A DNA stretch of 64,000 nucleotides, taken from Thermoplasmatota archaeon (GTDB taxonomy: Archaea; Thermoplasmatota; Penumbrarchaeia; Penumbrarchaeales; Penumbrarchaeaceae). The stretch covers positions 5,749 to 69,748 of the forward strand of contig CBDDUX010000040.1 in assembly GCA_965234725.1 (NCBI GenBank). The letters are read 5' to 3'. The position numbers and the translations under genes are program-made. Below are positions 20,548 through 30,328 of the stretch, piece after piece (position 1 is the first letter of the stretch; the number at the start of each line of letters is the position of its first letter). A model generated the notes under the pieces. The model was given only the letters and a program-made list of their open reading frames with translations. It was not told the DNA's origin and searched no databases.

Positions 20548-21669
20548 ATGGAATCGTTCTCCAAAGAGACCAGGGAGTCTGTGGGCAGGATCGAGAAGAA
20601 ATTAGCGGACCTCCGCAATGATCCCGAGTTCAAGGTCAGCAGTGATGATGAGCAGGATGTCTGCGACCTTGTATTGTCCGGGGGAGGAGCTAAAGGGGTT
20701 GCACAATTAGGAGCACTGTGGGCCTTTGACAAGCTTGGGATCAAGATAAAGAGACTATCAGGTACCTCTGCAGGAGCCATTAATTCATCACTTGTCGCAG
20801 CCGGTTATTCGATCCAAGAGCTATGTGAGGAGATCTTCGATCTTGATTTCATGAACCTCAGGGATGGTTTTTGGGATCAGCACATTCCAAAGTTTGCAAG
20901 GATCGCAGCTATCTCAACCACTTACGGAATGTACAACGGTGAGAATTTTCAGATCTGGCTGGAGGAGATGCTTGTTGAAAGGGATGCCAACACGTTCGGG
21001 AGGCTGCCTCTTGGGGATGTCGGTATGCTCGCCAAGCTCGAATCCAGGGATGCTCCCAGACTGCAGATAATGGCATCGGATATCACCCATTCATGCGAGA
21101 TCATGATGCCTCGGGACCTGGTCCTTGACAGGTACGGGAACTTAAGGTCTCCCAGTTTCCCTGTAGCTGCAGCAGTTAGGATGTCGATCTCGGTCCCGTT
21201 CTTCTTCACACCTTACAAGCTGCATCAGTCCCTGGTTGTGGATGGGGCTTTTGCTTCGAACCTACCATTAGAGACCTTTGACAAACCCGACGCCTCGGAT
21301 GTAAGATGGCCGACATTCGGTTTGAGCCTGGTTTCCAAAGTATACCCTTCCATGAACACCGGCGACCTGTTCCATTTCGGATTGGCCATCTTCGATACGA
21401 TGAGGTATGGTCAGTCGAGGATGTCATTTCTGGAGTATCCAACACGTATCTGCCGTTTGATGGAGATACCCACAGGAGATGTTCGGACGCTTGATTTCGG
21501 GATAACAAGGGAGCAGAAGGAACAGCTTTTCTTGAATGGGGCGAGAACGGTCCTCAAGACTTTGAAGGGAGAGGATGGGGCGGGGATCAGAAGGACCTGG
21601 AACTTCGATACATATATCAAGCTCCGCAAGAGGTGGAGCTTTCCACCCATGGACGAGCCCTATCTTTAG
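20548..21669 (+). CDS. Patatin-like phospholipase
   Basis: LVLSGGGAKG oxyanion loop, GTSAG nucleophile, AVRMSISVPFFF, VDGA catalytic Asp. Confidence 0.92.
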   Translation: MESFSKETRESVGRIEKKLADLRNDPEFKVSSDDEQDVCDLVLSGGGAKGVAQLGALWAFDKLGIKIKRLSGTSAGAINSSLVAAGYSIQELCEEIFDLDFMNLRDGFWDQHIPKFARIAAISTTYGMYNGENFQIWLEEMLVERDANTFGRLPLGDVGMLAKLESRDAPRLQIMASDITHSCEIMMPRDLVLDRYGNLRSPSFPVAAAVRMSISVPFFFTPYKLHQSLVVDGAFASNLPLETFDKPDASDVRWPTFGLSLVSKVYPSMNTGDLFHFGLAIFDTMRYGQSRMSFLEYPTRICRLMEIPTGDVRTLDFGITREQKEQLFLNGARTVLKTLKGEDGAGIRRTWNFDTYIKLRKRWSFPPMDEPYL

Positions 21670-24600
21670 ATCGGGGGTTTTGGAGGTCCTGGGATCTCTG
21701 GCATCCTGGGTGGCGGCGGAGGAGACCTGTTGGTCGGAGGGCTGGATGGTCCAACGACCGTTGGGATCTGAGGAGAAGTGTTATTCTGAACATTTTGAGC
21801 GGGTTTCTGAATCGGGGGAAGTGGCGCTCTCTGATGAAGGTTTCCGCCCCCAACCATCTGCGCCCTCCCCTCTCGAAGAGCTCCCTGACCCATACCGTTC
21901 GCCATGGACGGTCCCTGGATGGGATGGGTGTGCATGTAATGCTGTTTCTTCTTTGTAAGGGCGAAGGCCAAAAGTATTCCGATAAAAATTACGATCAACA
22001 GGGTGATCCCCATAAGGCCGACGTATAGTATCGTATTATCAGCCTTCTCATTCACCTTTATCGTCAATGTTTTCTCTTCCCCTTCGTTCCCTGAGGAATC
22101 CCTGGCTTTGGCCTTCACCTCATAGGTTCCACCACTTCCATATTTGTGTGAGATCGATGGGGATGATACCCATCCGGAATCGGTCCCATCACCGAAATCG
22201 ATGAAATAATCCTCCACACTGAATCCATCAGTGGTCTTGGATAGATCGAAGATGACTTCATTTTCGGCATCTGCAGATAGGGGACCTGTAAGGACAACCT
22301 GGGGGCCTACTGCATCCACAATCAGCTCCTCCGAGCGTGTATCTTCCTTGTTCCCTGCCTCATCCATGCAGTAATAAAAAAGGGTGAAGTCACCCTCCTC
22401 ACCCGGAGGAAGGAGGGCTCCTCCATAGGTTGTGAAGAAGTTGCCGTCCCAGGAGTAAGATATCAATGTCCCCTCGGAAGATCTCAGGAAGATCATTGGA
22501 ACATCAGTGATGATACCTTCACTATTTGGCGAGGAATCTATGGATAATGTGGTCACTTCCTTGTGTGTGTCCACCTTGAAATGGAATTGTACCTTACTCC
22601 CCTGATTACCAGCCCTGTCAATGCTGTATGTGAAAAGGGTATGCTCACCTTCAGGGATGGTCACCGGAGATGTATAGATCTGTTCAGGGACCTTGTCGAT
22701 GTAATAATAGATGATCTCGCCCTCTTTACCATCGGTTGAAAGTGTGATCACGGGTTGGGAGGTATACCATCCCACGGATCCATCCGGGGTAGAAGGTTCA
22801 ATGGCGGTGACCACTTTGGGTACTGTGATATCGTATGGTATCAGGATGGATGATATTGGTCCGCTGTTGCTATGGACATCCTGGGCATAGTAGAGGAGTG
22901 TATGGTTCCCCATCGGAGGTTCGAAGGGATCATCATATTCCACCCAATCCTCACCTCCATTCCAGCTGTAGAACATATCGGCGGTCCTATCGCTGCAATC
23001 CAGTTCCACTACCATGGGTTCGGTGTACCATCCCAATGAGTTGGGGATGTCGCCGCCCAGGTCGATCTCAGCAATTGGAAAAATGGAATCAACCTTGAAT
23101 TCCAGCGTGATCTCCGTATCCCTGTTCCCGGCATCATCCAGGGCCTGGAGGTGAAGTTCATTCTCACCCTGGATAGCATGGATCGTTCCGTTGGAGACCT
23201 CTTTCGTTCCTCTTCCCCACCAGAAATCGACCCTCTGGGGAGATGCTTCGTCACCTGATGCAGAGGTCTCTATGATCGGAAGTGTGCTGTACCATCCGTC
23301 GGTACCATCGGGTGACTCTGGAGTGACGGTGTAGGCTAATTTCGGGGTGTCGGGATCGAACTTCACTACCGTGGATTTTTTCACCTCTATATTGCCGGAA
23401 AGGTCCTCGGTCCAGTATCCAAGAGTGCTTTCGCCTTTGGGGATGAGAACATCACCGGAGAATTCGAATTCCTGGCCTCCATTCCATTCGTATCGGATGG
23501 TTCCGGGTTCGTTACATGAGAATCCGATACCGGGATCGTTCTTGTACCATCCCCTTTCCCCATCCGGATAGGGCCAATCGAAATCGATCGTGGTCACCGG
23601 CGGTGTGTCATCGGTGAGATAGTACTCATTCTGGAATGGTTTGAAGTTCTCTTTGGTAACGGTCACATAGCCGTAAGCTGGACCTGATATCTCAAAGGGA
23701 ACGACCGCCTTTCCAGACCCGTCGGTTTCCACCTTTGAGGATCGGTCGAGTGATTCAGAATAAACAGCCACAATGGCTTCCTTGACTGGAATTCCCGAAC
23801 CATCTTTGACCATTACAGTGAAATTGGAATAATGGTCATTGATATAATCAACGGTGACAGTGAAGGTTGAGATATCCTCGGTCCAGATCATGGTCTCCGG
23901 AGAACCCAGAAGGTTGTGTTCGAGCCAGGCATTATAGAACCACTGCTGTTGTGTGAAATATGCACCCCATTCGTCTACATATGATTCCTTTGCCCTGTGG
24001 AATATCTCACCCTGGGACCTGTAACCGTTTTTCATCTGAAGAAGAAGGGCCTGCTGTATGCCGGGTGCTCCAGGAAGTTCTCCGGTGTATCCTATTCCAC
24101 CCTCTGTTGTCCTTGAAGCTCCGACATAACCTATGGCACCGCCCTTATCGTTCTCTATGAACTCTTCGGAGATGGATTCCCAATTGCCGTTATCATACCA
24201 GTTCGTCTCGCATGACATCGCAGAGATGAATGGTAACCGTGGAGATTGGGTAAGGTCCGAGGCCTCGTTGGTGGTGAAGATCAAAGTGGAATCCTCCTGT
24301 GTACCCTCAGACCAAAGGTTAGCCAGTCCATGACCCATGTAAACAACTGTGGATAATCCGGAGTTGAAACCGTTCCAGATGTTGTTGTAATTAAGGACCT
24401 TGGCACCTGTCCCCGTTTGTGTGTTACCGGGAGAATAATATTTGTCCGGGGTTTCATAGACATATTTCAGGTAATCAGACCAGTAGTATTCACACTGGGT
24501 GGGCCCGTCATCATATGAATGGGTCGTGGAACCGAAAAGACCGACAGTTGAGGTCCAATCCCCTATCTCAGGATTCTTCTCGTATCTTACTACCTTCTTG

Positions 24601-25718
24601 GCCCAGTCCGCTGTTTCTTTGTCATTATCAACTGAAACCCTGCTGACATATACATCAGGAATGAAATCCTGGATGTCCCTTGTCTCAGCCCATCTGTCAT
24701 CTCCATCCCCATTCCAGACATCATATGTTCCATCCAGGCAGGCATAGTATGTATCCGCAGGGAGCTTGTCAGGTTCGCCTCCGTAAGGGTCCTGGTCCCA
24801 GGCCATTAATGTTGGCACATACTTTGTCTCTCCCATCAAAAGGACCCATTTCAGGGCCTTTCCATCGCCGAAGTAAGTGTCATGTAAGAACTGCCAGATG
24901 GATTTCGTTCCATCCAGGGAAGGGTATTCTGAGTTCACATCACTGTATTTCATTACAGTGACAATGAGCCCTGTCTCCTTCTTCCATTGGATATAATCTT
25001 CGAGATCGTTGATGAAGGGGTCATGTGATATTACCATGAGCTCGGTCCCCTCCAATACATCCCCGGGCCTTTCCACGGCCCTTGTCATATAATTGATATT
25101 ATTCTCCGGTCCTGCCGATCTCTCAATGACCAGTTCGATATCACTATAGAAAGTGAGTGTCTGACGTACCGGATCATGGTCGAAGGGGGAGACGGAGATC
25201 GAATAATGGGCCAATCTCTCCCCTGTTTCCCATCCATATCCGATATGGGACCACATGACGGGTTCCTCCGGATATGAAGTTCCTCTAATATACATAGACC
25301 AATCGAGGTCAAGTCCTGTGGTCTTCTCATTTGAAAAAACCTCTTCGGTTAGATGGACCCCTTTTACCGATGGGGCGATCGGGAAAGAAAGCGGGATCGT
25401 TGTGGGGTTGCCTCTAACCACCTTGATATCCCTGATCTCATATGGGACCTGTAAGGGATAGGAGATCACAGGTACAGATGGACCCCCATTTGCCGGAGGG
25501 TAAATGCAGTTTTCAAGATGTGGTATGGACCATCTTATTCCATCTATCAGTTCAACTTCCATGGATAACGGACCAGGTTCGATATCCATGGAGAGGACCT
25601 CTCCGATGGTACCGGAAAGGTTCTCCGATCCTTCATGATCGGAACCTTTGATCGATGGCATGGCCGTGAGAATGGTAATTGCCAGAAGCAGTGCGGGGAT
25701 CGTTGAATATAGCCTCAT
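21666..25718 (-). CDS. Membrane-anchored C25 (gingipain-family) cysteine peptidase with Ig-like stalk and PKD domain
   Basis: Signal peptide and propeptide; ADTYYACLDG, PDVYVSR, YMGHG (His), SAMSCET (Cys), NLLGSPE; repeated G..GWY...P beta domains; DFGDG PKD; TM; Pro-rich tail. Confidence 0.9.
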   Translation of the reverse strand: MRLYSTIPALLLAITILTAMPSIKGSDHEGSENLSGTIGEVLSMDIEPGPLSMEVELIDGIRWSIPHLENCIYPPANGGPSVPVISYPLQVPYEIRDIKVVRGNPTTIPLSFPIAPSVKGVHLTEEVFSNEKTTGLDLDWSMYIRGTSYPEEPVMWSHIGYGWETGERLAHYSISVSPFDHDPVRQTLTFYSDIELVIERSAGPENNINYMTRAVERPGDVLEGTELMVISHDPFINDLEDYIQWKKETGLIVTVMKYSDVNSEYPSLDGTKSIWQFLHDTYFGDGKALKWVLLMGETKYVPTLMAWDQDPYGGEPDKLPADTYYACLDGTYDVWNGDGDDRWAETRDIQDFIPDVYVSRVSVDNDKETADWAKKVVRYEKNPEIGDWTSTVGLFGSTTHSYDDGPTQCEYYWSDYLKYVYETPDKYYSPGNTQTGTGAKVLNYNNIWNGFNSGLSTVVYMGHGLANLWSEGTQEDSTLIFTTNEASDLTQSPRLPFISAMSCETNWYDNGNWESISEEFIENDKGGAIGYVGASRTTEGGIGYTGELPGAPGIQQALLLQMKNGYRSQGEIFHRAKESYVDEWGAYFTQQQWFYNAWLEHNLLGSPETMIWTEDISTFTVTVDYINDHYSNFTVMVKDGSGIPVKEAIVAVYSESLDRSSKVETDGSGKAVVPFEISGPAYGYVTVTKENFKPFQNEYYLTDDTPPVTTIDFDWPYPDGERGWYKNDPGIGFSCNEPGTIRYEWNGGQEFEFSGDVLIPKGESTLGYWTEDLSGNIEVKKSTVVKFDPDTPKLAYTVTPESPDGTDGWYSTLPIIETSASGDEASPQRVDFWWGRGTKEVSNGTIHAIQGENELHLQALDDAGNRDTEITLEFKVDSIFPIAEIDLGGDIPNSLGWYTEPMVVELDCSDRTADMFYSWNGGEDWVEYDDPFEPPMGNHTLLYYAQDVHSNSGPISSILIPYDITVPKVVTAIEPSTPDGSVGWYTSQPVITLSTDGKEGEIIYYYIDKVPEQIYTSPVTIPEGEHTLFTYSIDRAGNQGSKVQFHFKVDTHKEVTTLSIDSSPNSEGIITDVPMIFLRSSEGTLISYSWDGNFFTTYGGALLPPGEEGDFTLFYYCMDEAGNKEDTRSEELIVDAVGPQVVLTGPLSADAENEVIFDLSKTTDGFSVEDYFIDFGDGTDSGWVSSPSISHKYGSGGTYEVKAKARDSSGNEGEEKTLTIKVNEKADNTILYVGLMGITLLIVIFIGILLAFALTKKKQHYMHTHPIQGPSMANGMGQGALREGRAQMVGGGNLHQRAPLPPIQKPAQNVQNNTSPQIPTVVGPSSPPTNRSPPPPPRMPEIPGPPKPPI

Positions 25719-25857
25719 GAGGGATCACCGGGCAGTAGAGCTGATCAGGTGTACCCTAAACAGGTTTTCCCACATATTATTTTGTAGTCACCTTTTTACA
25801 TAATCCGCCTTTCATGGTAAATATCAAGGACCCGATGTCCCTTGAAGGTAGGTTTAC

Positions 25858-28629
25858 ATGGCGATCCCCGATATCGATGAAAAGGACCTCACCCCCCTGA
25901 TGAGACAGTACCTTTCCATCAAGAAGCAGCACCCGGACAAGCTCCTTCTCTACCGTATGGGAGATTTCTATGAGCTTTTCTTCGATGACGCTGAGGTTGC
26001 CGCAAGGGAACTTGATATCACCCTCACTGCGAGGGATAAGGGGCCATATGGCGGGAAGATACCACTGGCAGGGGTTCCATACCATGCACTTGATAATTAT
26101 CTGCCCAAGCTTGTGAAAAAGGGATACAGAGTGGCGATCGTCGAGCAGGTTGAGGATCCGAAAAAAGCCAAGGGTATCGTAAAGAGAGAGGTAGTCCAGA
26201 TAGCAACTCCAGGGACCCTCCTCCTACCTGAAGGCTCAGATGATAGGGCAAATACATACCTTTGCGCTCTCATGAGGAATGTGGAGGACGGCGGAGAGGG
26301 TGAGCTGCAGCTTAAGGAAAATAAAGGAACAGCCCAGGACAGGATCGTCCTTCCCCACGCAATGTACGGAGTATCCCACCTTGATATCTCCACAGGTGAT
26401 TTCTTCACCACACAGATATCCGGAGCAGAGCCCTTCAACAGGTTGATCTCCGAACTGATGAAGTTCCAGGCAGTAGAGATTATCGTACCTGTCTCACTTA
26501 TCAAGAGCGAGGATTTCATATCCGAACTGAGACTCCAGATGGGCACAGAGACGGTGATCAGTTCATTTCCGGACCACAATTTCCTAAGGTCTTATTCGGA
26601 GACTCTACTAAAGGAACAGTTCTCGGTCCTGTCCTTAGAGGGATTGGGTCTGTCGGATCTGGAATTGGCACAAGGTGCTGCCGGGGCTGTTCTCGCTTAT
26701 GCCAGGGAGAACCAGATGACCGACCTGAGGCATGTAAAGGATATTCGTGTTTACAGTGGTTCGGAATATATGGTCCTCGATTCCACCACATTACGCAATT
26801 TGGAGGTAATGAGGTCCTTCCGTGACGGGTCCACGAAAGGGACCCTTCTCGGGATCCTGGACCGGACAAGGACACCCATGGGGTCCAGACTTTTGAAGTC
26901 CTGGGTCCAGCAGCCATTGATGGACATCAACGGAATAAATGAGAGATTGGATGCGGTGGAGTCTCTTTTCAACAATCTATTTCTCAGGTCTGATATCAAG
27001 GACGGTCTGAAAGGCATCAATGATATTGAAAGGTCCCTGATGAGGTTAAGCCTTGGCAGGGGATCTGCCAGGGACATGGTCGCCATCAGGAACTCTCTCG
27101 AGTCTGCTGAGAAGCTCAAAGAAGTCTTGGATGCCTCAAAGAGTCTGGGTGCCTCCAAGCTCCTGAAGGAGCTTTCGGGGGATCTTACCGGAGAAAGCGG
27201 GATCATTGAACTCATCTCCTCTGCCATCGTTGAGGAACCTCCTCTTTCCATCACTGACGGAGGTATGTTCAAAAGAGGATATTCCGCCGAGTTGGACGAG
27301 ATCGCCCTTTCAGCTCGTGATTCGAAGGATTGGCTCAAGGGATTCGAGGCCGGGGAGAAGAAAAGGACAGGAATAAGATCGTTGAAGGTTAGGTTCAACA
27401 ATGTCTTCGGCTATTATATCGAGATAACCAAGTCCAACTTGGAAAATGTTCCTCAAGATTACATAAGGAAGCAGACCCTTGTCAATGCTGAGAGATTTAT
27501 TACACCCGAGTTGAAGGAAAAGGAATCCCTGATCCTCAACTCGGAGGAGAGGATGGCAGATCTCGAATCATCCCTCTTCGATGAGATCAGGCAAAAGGTC
27601 CTTGAGAGGGGCGATGGGATACAGACCATCGCCTCATCCATAGCCAGGATCGATGTGCTAAGCGATCTTGCCGAGGTCGCATCCGCCAGGAATTTCAAAA
27701 GGCCTTCTGTGGATGACAAGAGAAGGATCTCAATGACCCGGTCAAGACATCCGGTTGTTGAGGAAAGGGTGGAATGGGGTTTTGTTCCAAATGATATATT
27801 CCTGGATGGGGAAGACAACCGCTTCATCATTCTTACAGGTCCGAACATGGCTGGTAAGTCCACTTACATGAGGCAAGCCGCCCTGAACGTGATCATGGCC
27901 CAGATGGGATCGTTCATACCTGCCGATGAGGCTGAGATCGGTATGGTGGACCGGATCTTCACCAGGGTGGGGGCCTCAGACGATCTGGTCAGGGGACAGT
28001 CCACCTTCATGGTGGAGATGCTTGAACTGGCAAATATCCTGAACTCGGCCACAGATAGATCATTGGTTATCCTTGATGAGATCGGAAGGGGCACTTCCAC
28101 ATTCGATGGTCTCTCAATTGCCTGGGCGGTTACAGAATACATTTCTGACAAGGGAAAGATAGGAGCGAACACGATCTTTGCTACACATTATCATCATCTG
28201 ACCGAACTCGAGGGTAAGCTGGATGGGGTCGTAAACTATTCGATGTCCGTCAAGGAGACAGGAGAGGGGATCACATTCCTCAGAAAAGTGAGGAAGGGAC
28301 CTGCATCAAGGTCCTATGGTGTAGAGGTAGCGGACCTCGCCGGTATTCCCACCGAGGTCGTGGAAAGGGCCAGAGAGGTCCTTGGAAGGATCGAGAGAGA
28401 GGACTCTCTTGAGGGGAGGGCCGCTGAGATCACCAACGTTCCGATCGAGGCCATCACAACAACCAAAGAAAGAAAAGGACCTCTACAGATGGTCCTTTTC
28501 CCAACCGAGGATATGCTAGCTCCAAAGGTCGAGGACCCTCTCATCGAAGAGATAAGGTCCATGGATCCGGGGAATATGACACCACTCCAGGCCCTTGAAG
28601 CGATCTACAAGCTGAAGAAGAGGCTTTAG
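25858..28629 (+). CDS. mutS: DNA mismatch repair protein MutS (MutS1)
   Basis: TPLMRQY, RMGDFYELF mismatch motif, TGPNMAGKST, STFMVEM, ILDEIGRGTST, FATHYH, SYGVEVA, MTPLQAL. Confidence 0.97.
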   Translation: MAIPDIDEKDLTPLMRQYLSIKKQHPDKLLLYRMGDFYELFFDDAEVAARELDITLTARDKGPYGGKIPLAGVPYHALDNYLPKLVKKGYRVAIVEQVEDPKKAKGIVKREVVQIATPGTLLLPEGSDDRANTYLCALMRNVEDGGEGELQLKENKGTAQDRIVLPHAMYGVSHLDISTGDFFTTQISGAEPFNRLISELMKFQAVEIIVPVSLIKSEDFISELRLQMGTETVISSFPDHNFLRSYSETLLKEQFSVLSLEGLGLSDLELAQGAAGAVLAYARENQMTDLRHVKDIRVYSGSEYMVLDSTTLRNLEVMRSFRDGSTKGTLLGILDRTRTPMGSRLLKSWVQQPLMDINGINERLDAVESLFNNLFLRSDIKDGLKGINDIERSLMRLSLGRGSARDMVAIRNSLESAEKLKEVLDASKSLGASKLLKELSGDLTGESGIIELISSAIVEEPPLSITDGGMFKRGYSAELDEIALSARDSKDWLKGFEAGEKKRTGIRSLKVRFNNVFGYYIEITKSNLENVPQDYIRKQTLVNAERFITPELKEKESLILNSEERMADLESSLFDEIRQKVLERGDGIQTIASSIARIDVLSDLAEVASARNFKRPSVDDKRRISMTRSRHPVVEERVEWGFVPNDIFLDGEDNRFIILTGPNMAGKSTYMRQAALNVIMAQMGSFIPADEAEIGMVDRIFTRVGASDDLVRGQSTFMVEMLELANILNSATDRSLVILDEIGRGTSTFDGLSIAWAVTEYISDKGKIGANTIFATHYHHLTELEGKLDGVVNYSMSVKETGEGITFLRKVRKGPASRSYGVEVADLAGIPTEVVERAREVLGRIEREDSLEGRAAEITNVPIEAITTTKERKGPLQMVLFPTEDMLAPKVEDPLIEEIRSMDPGNMTPLQALEAIYKLKKRL

Positions 28630-28687
28630 GAGCAGTGTCCCAAACGGTTTTATCATCCTGTTCCATCTAGGGTTTCGGAGATAGTAG

Positions 28688-30145
28688 ATGAAGGTAACCC
28701 TCGCAGGAGCCACATTGGACCGTAGGTTCTGGCCGGATGATCCATCCGCCTCACCGGAGACAATCTCGGCAGCCTATGCCCGAATATCCCACAGTCCCAG
28801 GGGAATAGGTGAACTGCGGGAGATCGCGGTTAAGGAAATCGAGAAATCCAGACGTTCCAATGAGAACATCGTATACAAGATGGGTCATTCCTCCATTGCT
28901 GAGCATGCGGTCTTCAATATCGATGTGGAGGATGCATCACGTCTTCTTGTTGAGTTCATCGAACATCACAGGCTAGCATCATTCACTGAGAGGTCCCAGA
29001 GATACGTTTTCTTTGGCAACAAGGAATTCCAGGTCCCCGATGAAATGATGGGAAGCAAATTCGAAGAAGAGGTAAGAGAACTGGAATCAGACAAATTCAA
29101 TTTTTATAATAGGCTCTGTGAGGATAAGGACCTGAAGGAGAAGTACGGGGACAAGCTATTGGAGCAGGCACGATATGTATTAGGCCTGACCTGTCCGACG
29201 GATCTGGGTTTGACGATAAACGCAAGGGAGCTGGAGTACCTGATATCATGCGGTAAGGCCCATGGTCTTGCCGAGGTCAGAAAACTTGCTGACGAACTGC
29301 TTGACAAGGCCGGTCATCTTGCTCCATCCCTCATCAAATATACAGGACCTAAGGAACATATTTCAATTGCGAGGAAAAGGATGGAGGATTGGGTGGATGA
29401 GAACCTCGATAGGTTGAGACCGGAAAATGAGTTCGAGGATATACTGGATTCAAGGAGGTTCTCGGTCTGTTCGAACCGTCCAGCCCATTGCGACGATCCA
29501 GAATCGGAGATCGCATCGGCTCTGCTTTTCGAAATGACAGACCTGGACCTTGAGGAGTGCAGAAGGACTGCAATGGAGATGACAGATGACGACCTTCTAG
29601 ACCTTTTCAGACCTATATTTTCGGAATATCCGGTCCATTCATCCCTTCCAAGGGCCTTCGAGATGATGGACCTTACCTTTGATTTCGAGGTATCGGCTTC
29701 AGGGTTCGCACAGCTCAAACGTCACAGACTTGCAACCATACTGGTCAAGGGATATGAACCGGGGAGATGGTTCACTCCCCCGATCTGCATGGCCGACCCT
29801 GAGATCGCAGTTGATTACATCAAGATCATGAGAAGGTCTGAAGATCTCTTCCACAAGGTGGAGAAGCTCATGGGCAGGGAAGTGGCGACATATGTCCTTA
29901 CGAACGCCCATATGAGAAAGGTGATCTTCAAATTGAATTTGAGAGAGCTATACCATTTCGTTCGTCTAAGGTCCGATATCCATGCCCAGGATGAGATAAG
30001 GAACTTATCTGATATGATGGTCACTGTCTTGAAGAACCATTTTCCCGTGGTGGCCGCCATGCTTTGCGGAAAGGATTCCTATGAGGATGGCAAAGAACGG
30101 ATATTCGGTTGCTGGACAAAGGATGATGATCAGGAGGAGAATTAA
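28688..30145 (+). CDS. thyX: FAD-dependent thymidylate synthase, tandem two-domain form
   Basis: GHSSIAEH, HHRLASFTERSQRY, ARYVL, INAREL; second domain QLKRHRLAT, NLRELYHFVRLRSDIHAQDEIR. Confidence 0.88.
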   Translation: MKVTLAGATLDRRFWPDDPSASPETISAAYARISHSPRGIGELREIAVKEIEKSRRSNENIVYKMGHSSIAEHAVFNIDVEDASRLLVEFIEHHRLASFTERSQRYVFFGNKEFQVPDEMMGSKFEEEVRELESDKFNFYNRLCEDKDLKEKYGDKLLEQARYVLGLTCPTDLGLTINARELEYLISCGKAHGLAEVRKLADELLDKAGHLAPSLIKYTGPKEHISIARKRMEDWVDENLDRLRPENEFEDILDSRRFSVCSNRPAHCDDPESEIASALLFEMTDLDLEECRRTAMEMTDDDLLDLFRPIFSEYPVHSSLPRAFEMMDLTFDFEVSASGFAQLKRHRLATILVKGYEPGRWFTPPICMADPEIAVDYIKIMRRSEDLFHKVEKLMGREVATYVLTNAHMRKVIFKLNLRELYHFVRLRSDIHAQDEIRNLSDMMVTVLKNHFPVVAAMLCGKDSYEDGKERIFGCWTKDDDQEEN

Positions 30146-30328
30146 ATGATGGCAAGCATCTGTCATATCTGCGGGAAGCCCGCATTCAGGACATGCATAC
30201 TCTGCGGGAGGCCCGCCTGTAAGGGACATCTGGACGACAATGGGTTCGCCTGTCTTAATTGCGCACCCACAAAGAGAGGACCACCTGCTTCGAAAGGACC
30301 AGGTGAACCTGGTGGTGTTCAGGGATGA
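30146..30328 (+). CDS. Small zinc-finger protein
   Basis: CHICG..CILCG..CKGH..CLNC; GGAGG RBS; abuts the thyX stop and overlaps the pgi start (ATGA). Confidence 0.8.
   Translation: MMASICHICGKPAFRTCILCGRPACKGHLDDNGFACLNCAPTKRGPPASKGPGEPGGVQG

Noticed and set aside
25858-28629. mutS without an adjacent mutL
   Set aside because: mutL may lie elsewhere; unlinked mutS is common and cannot be judged from this window.
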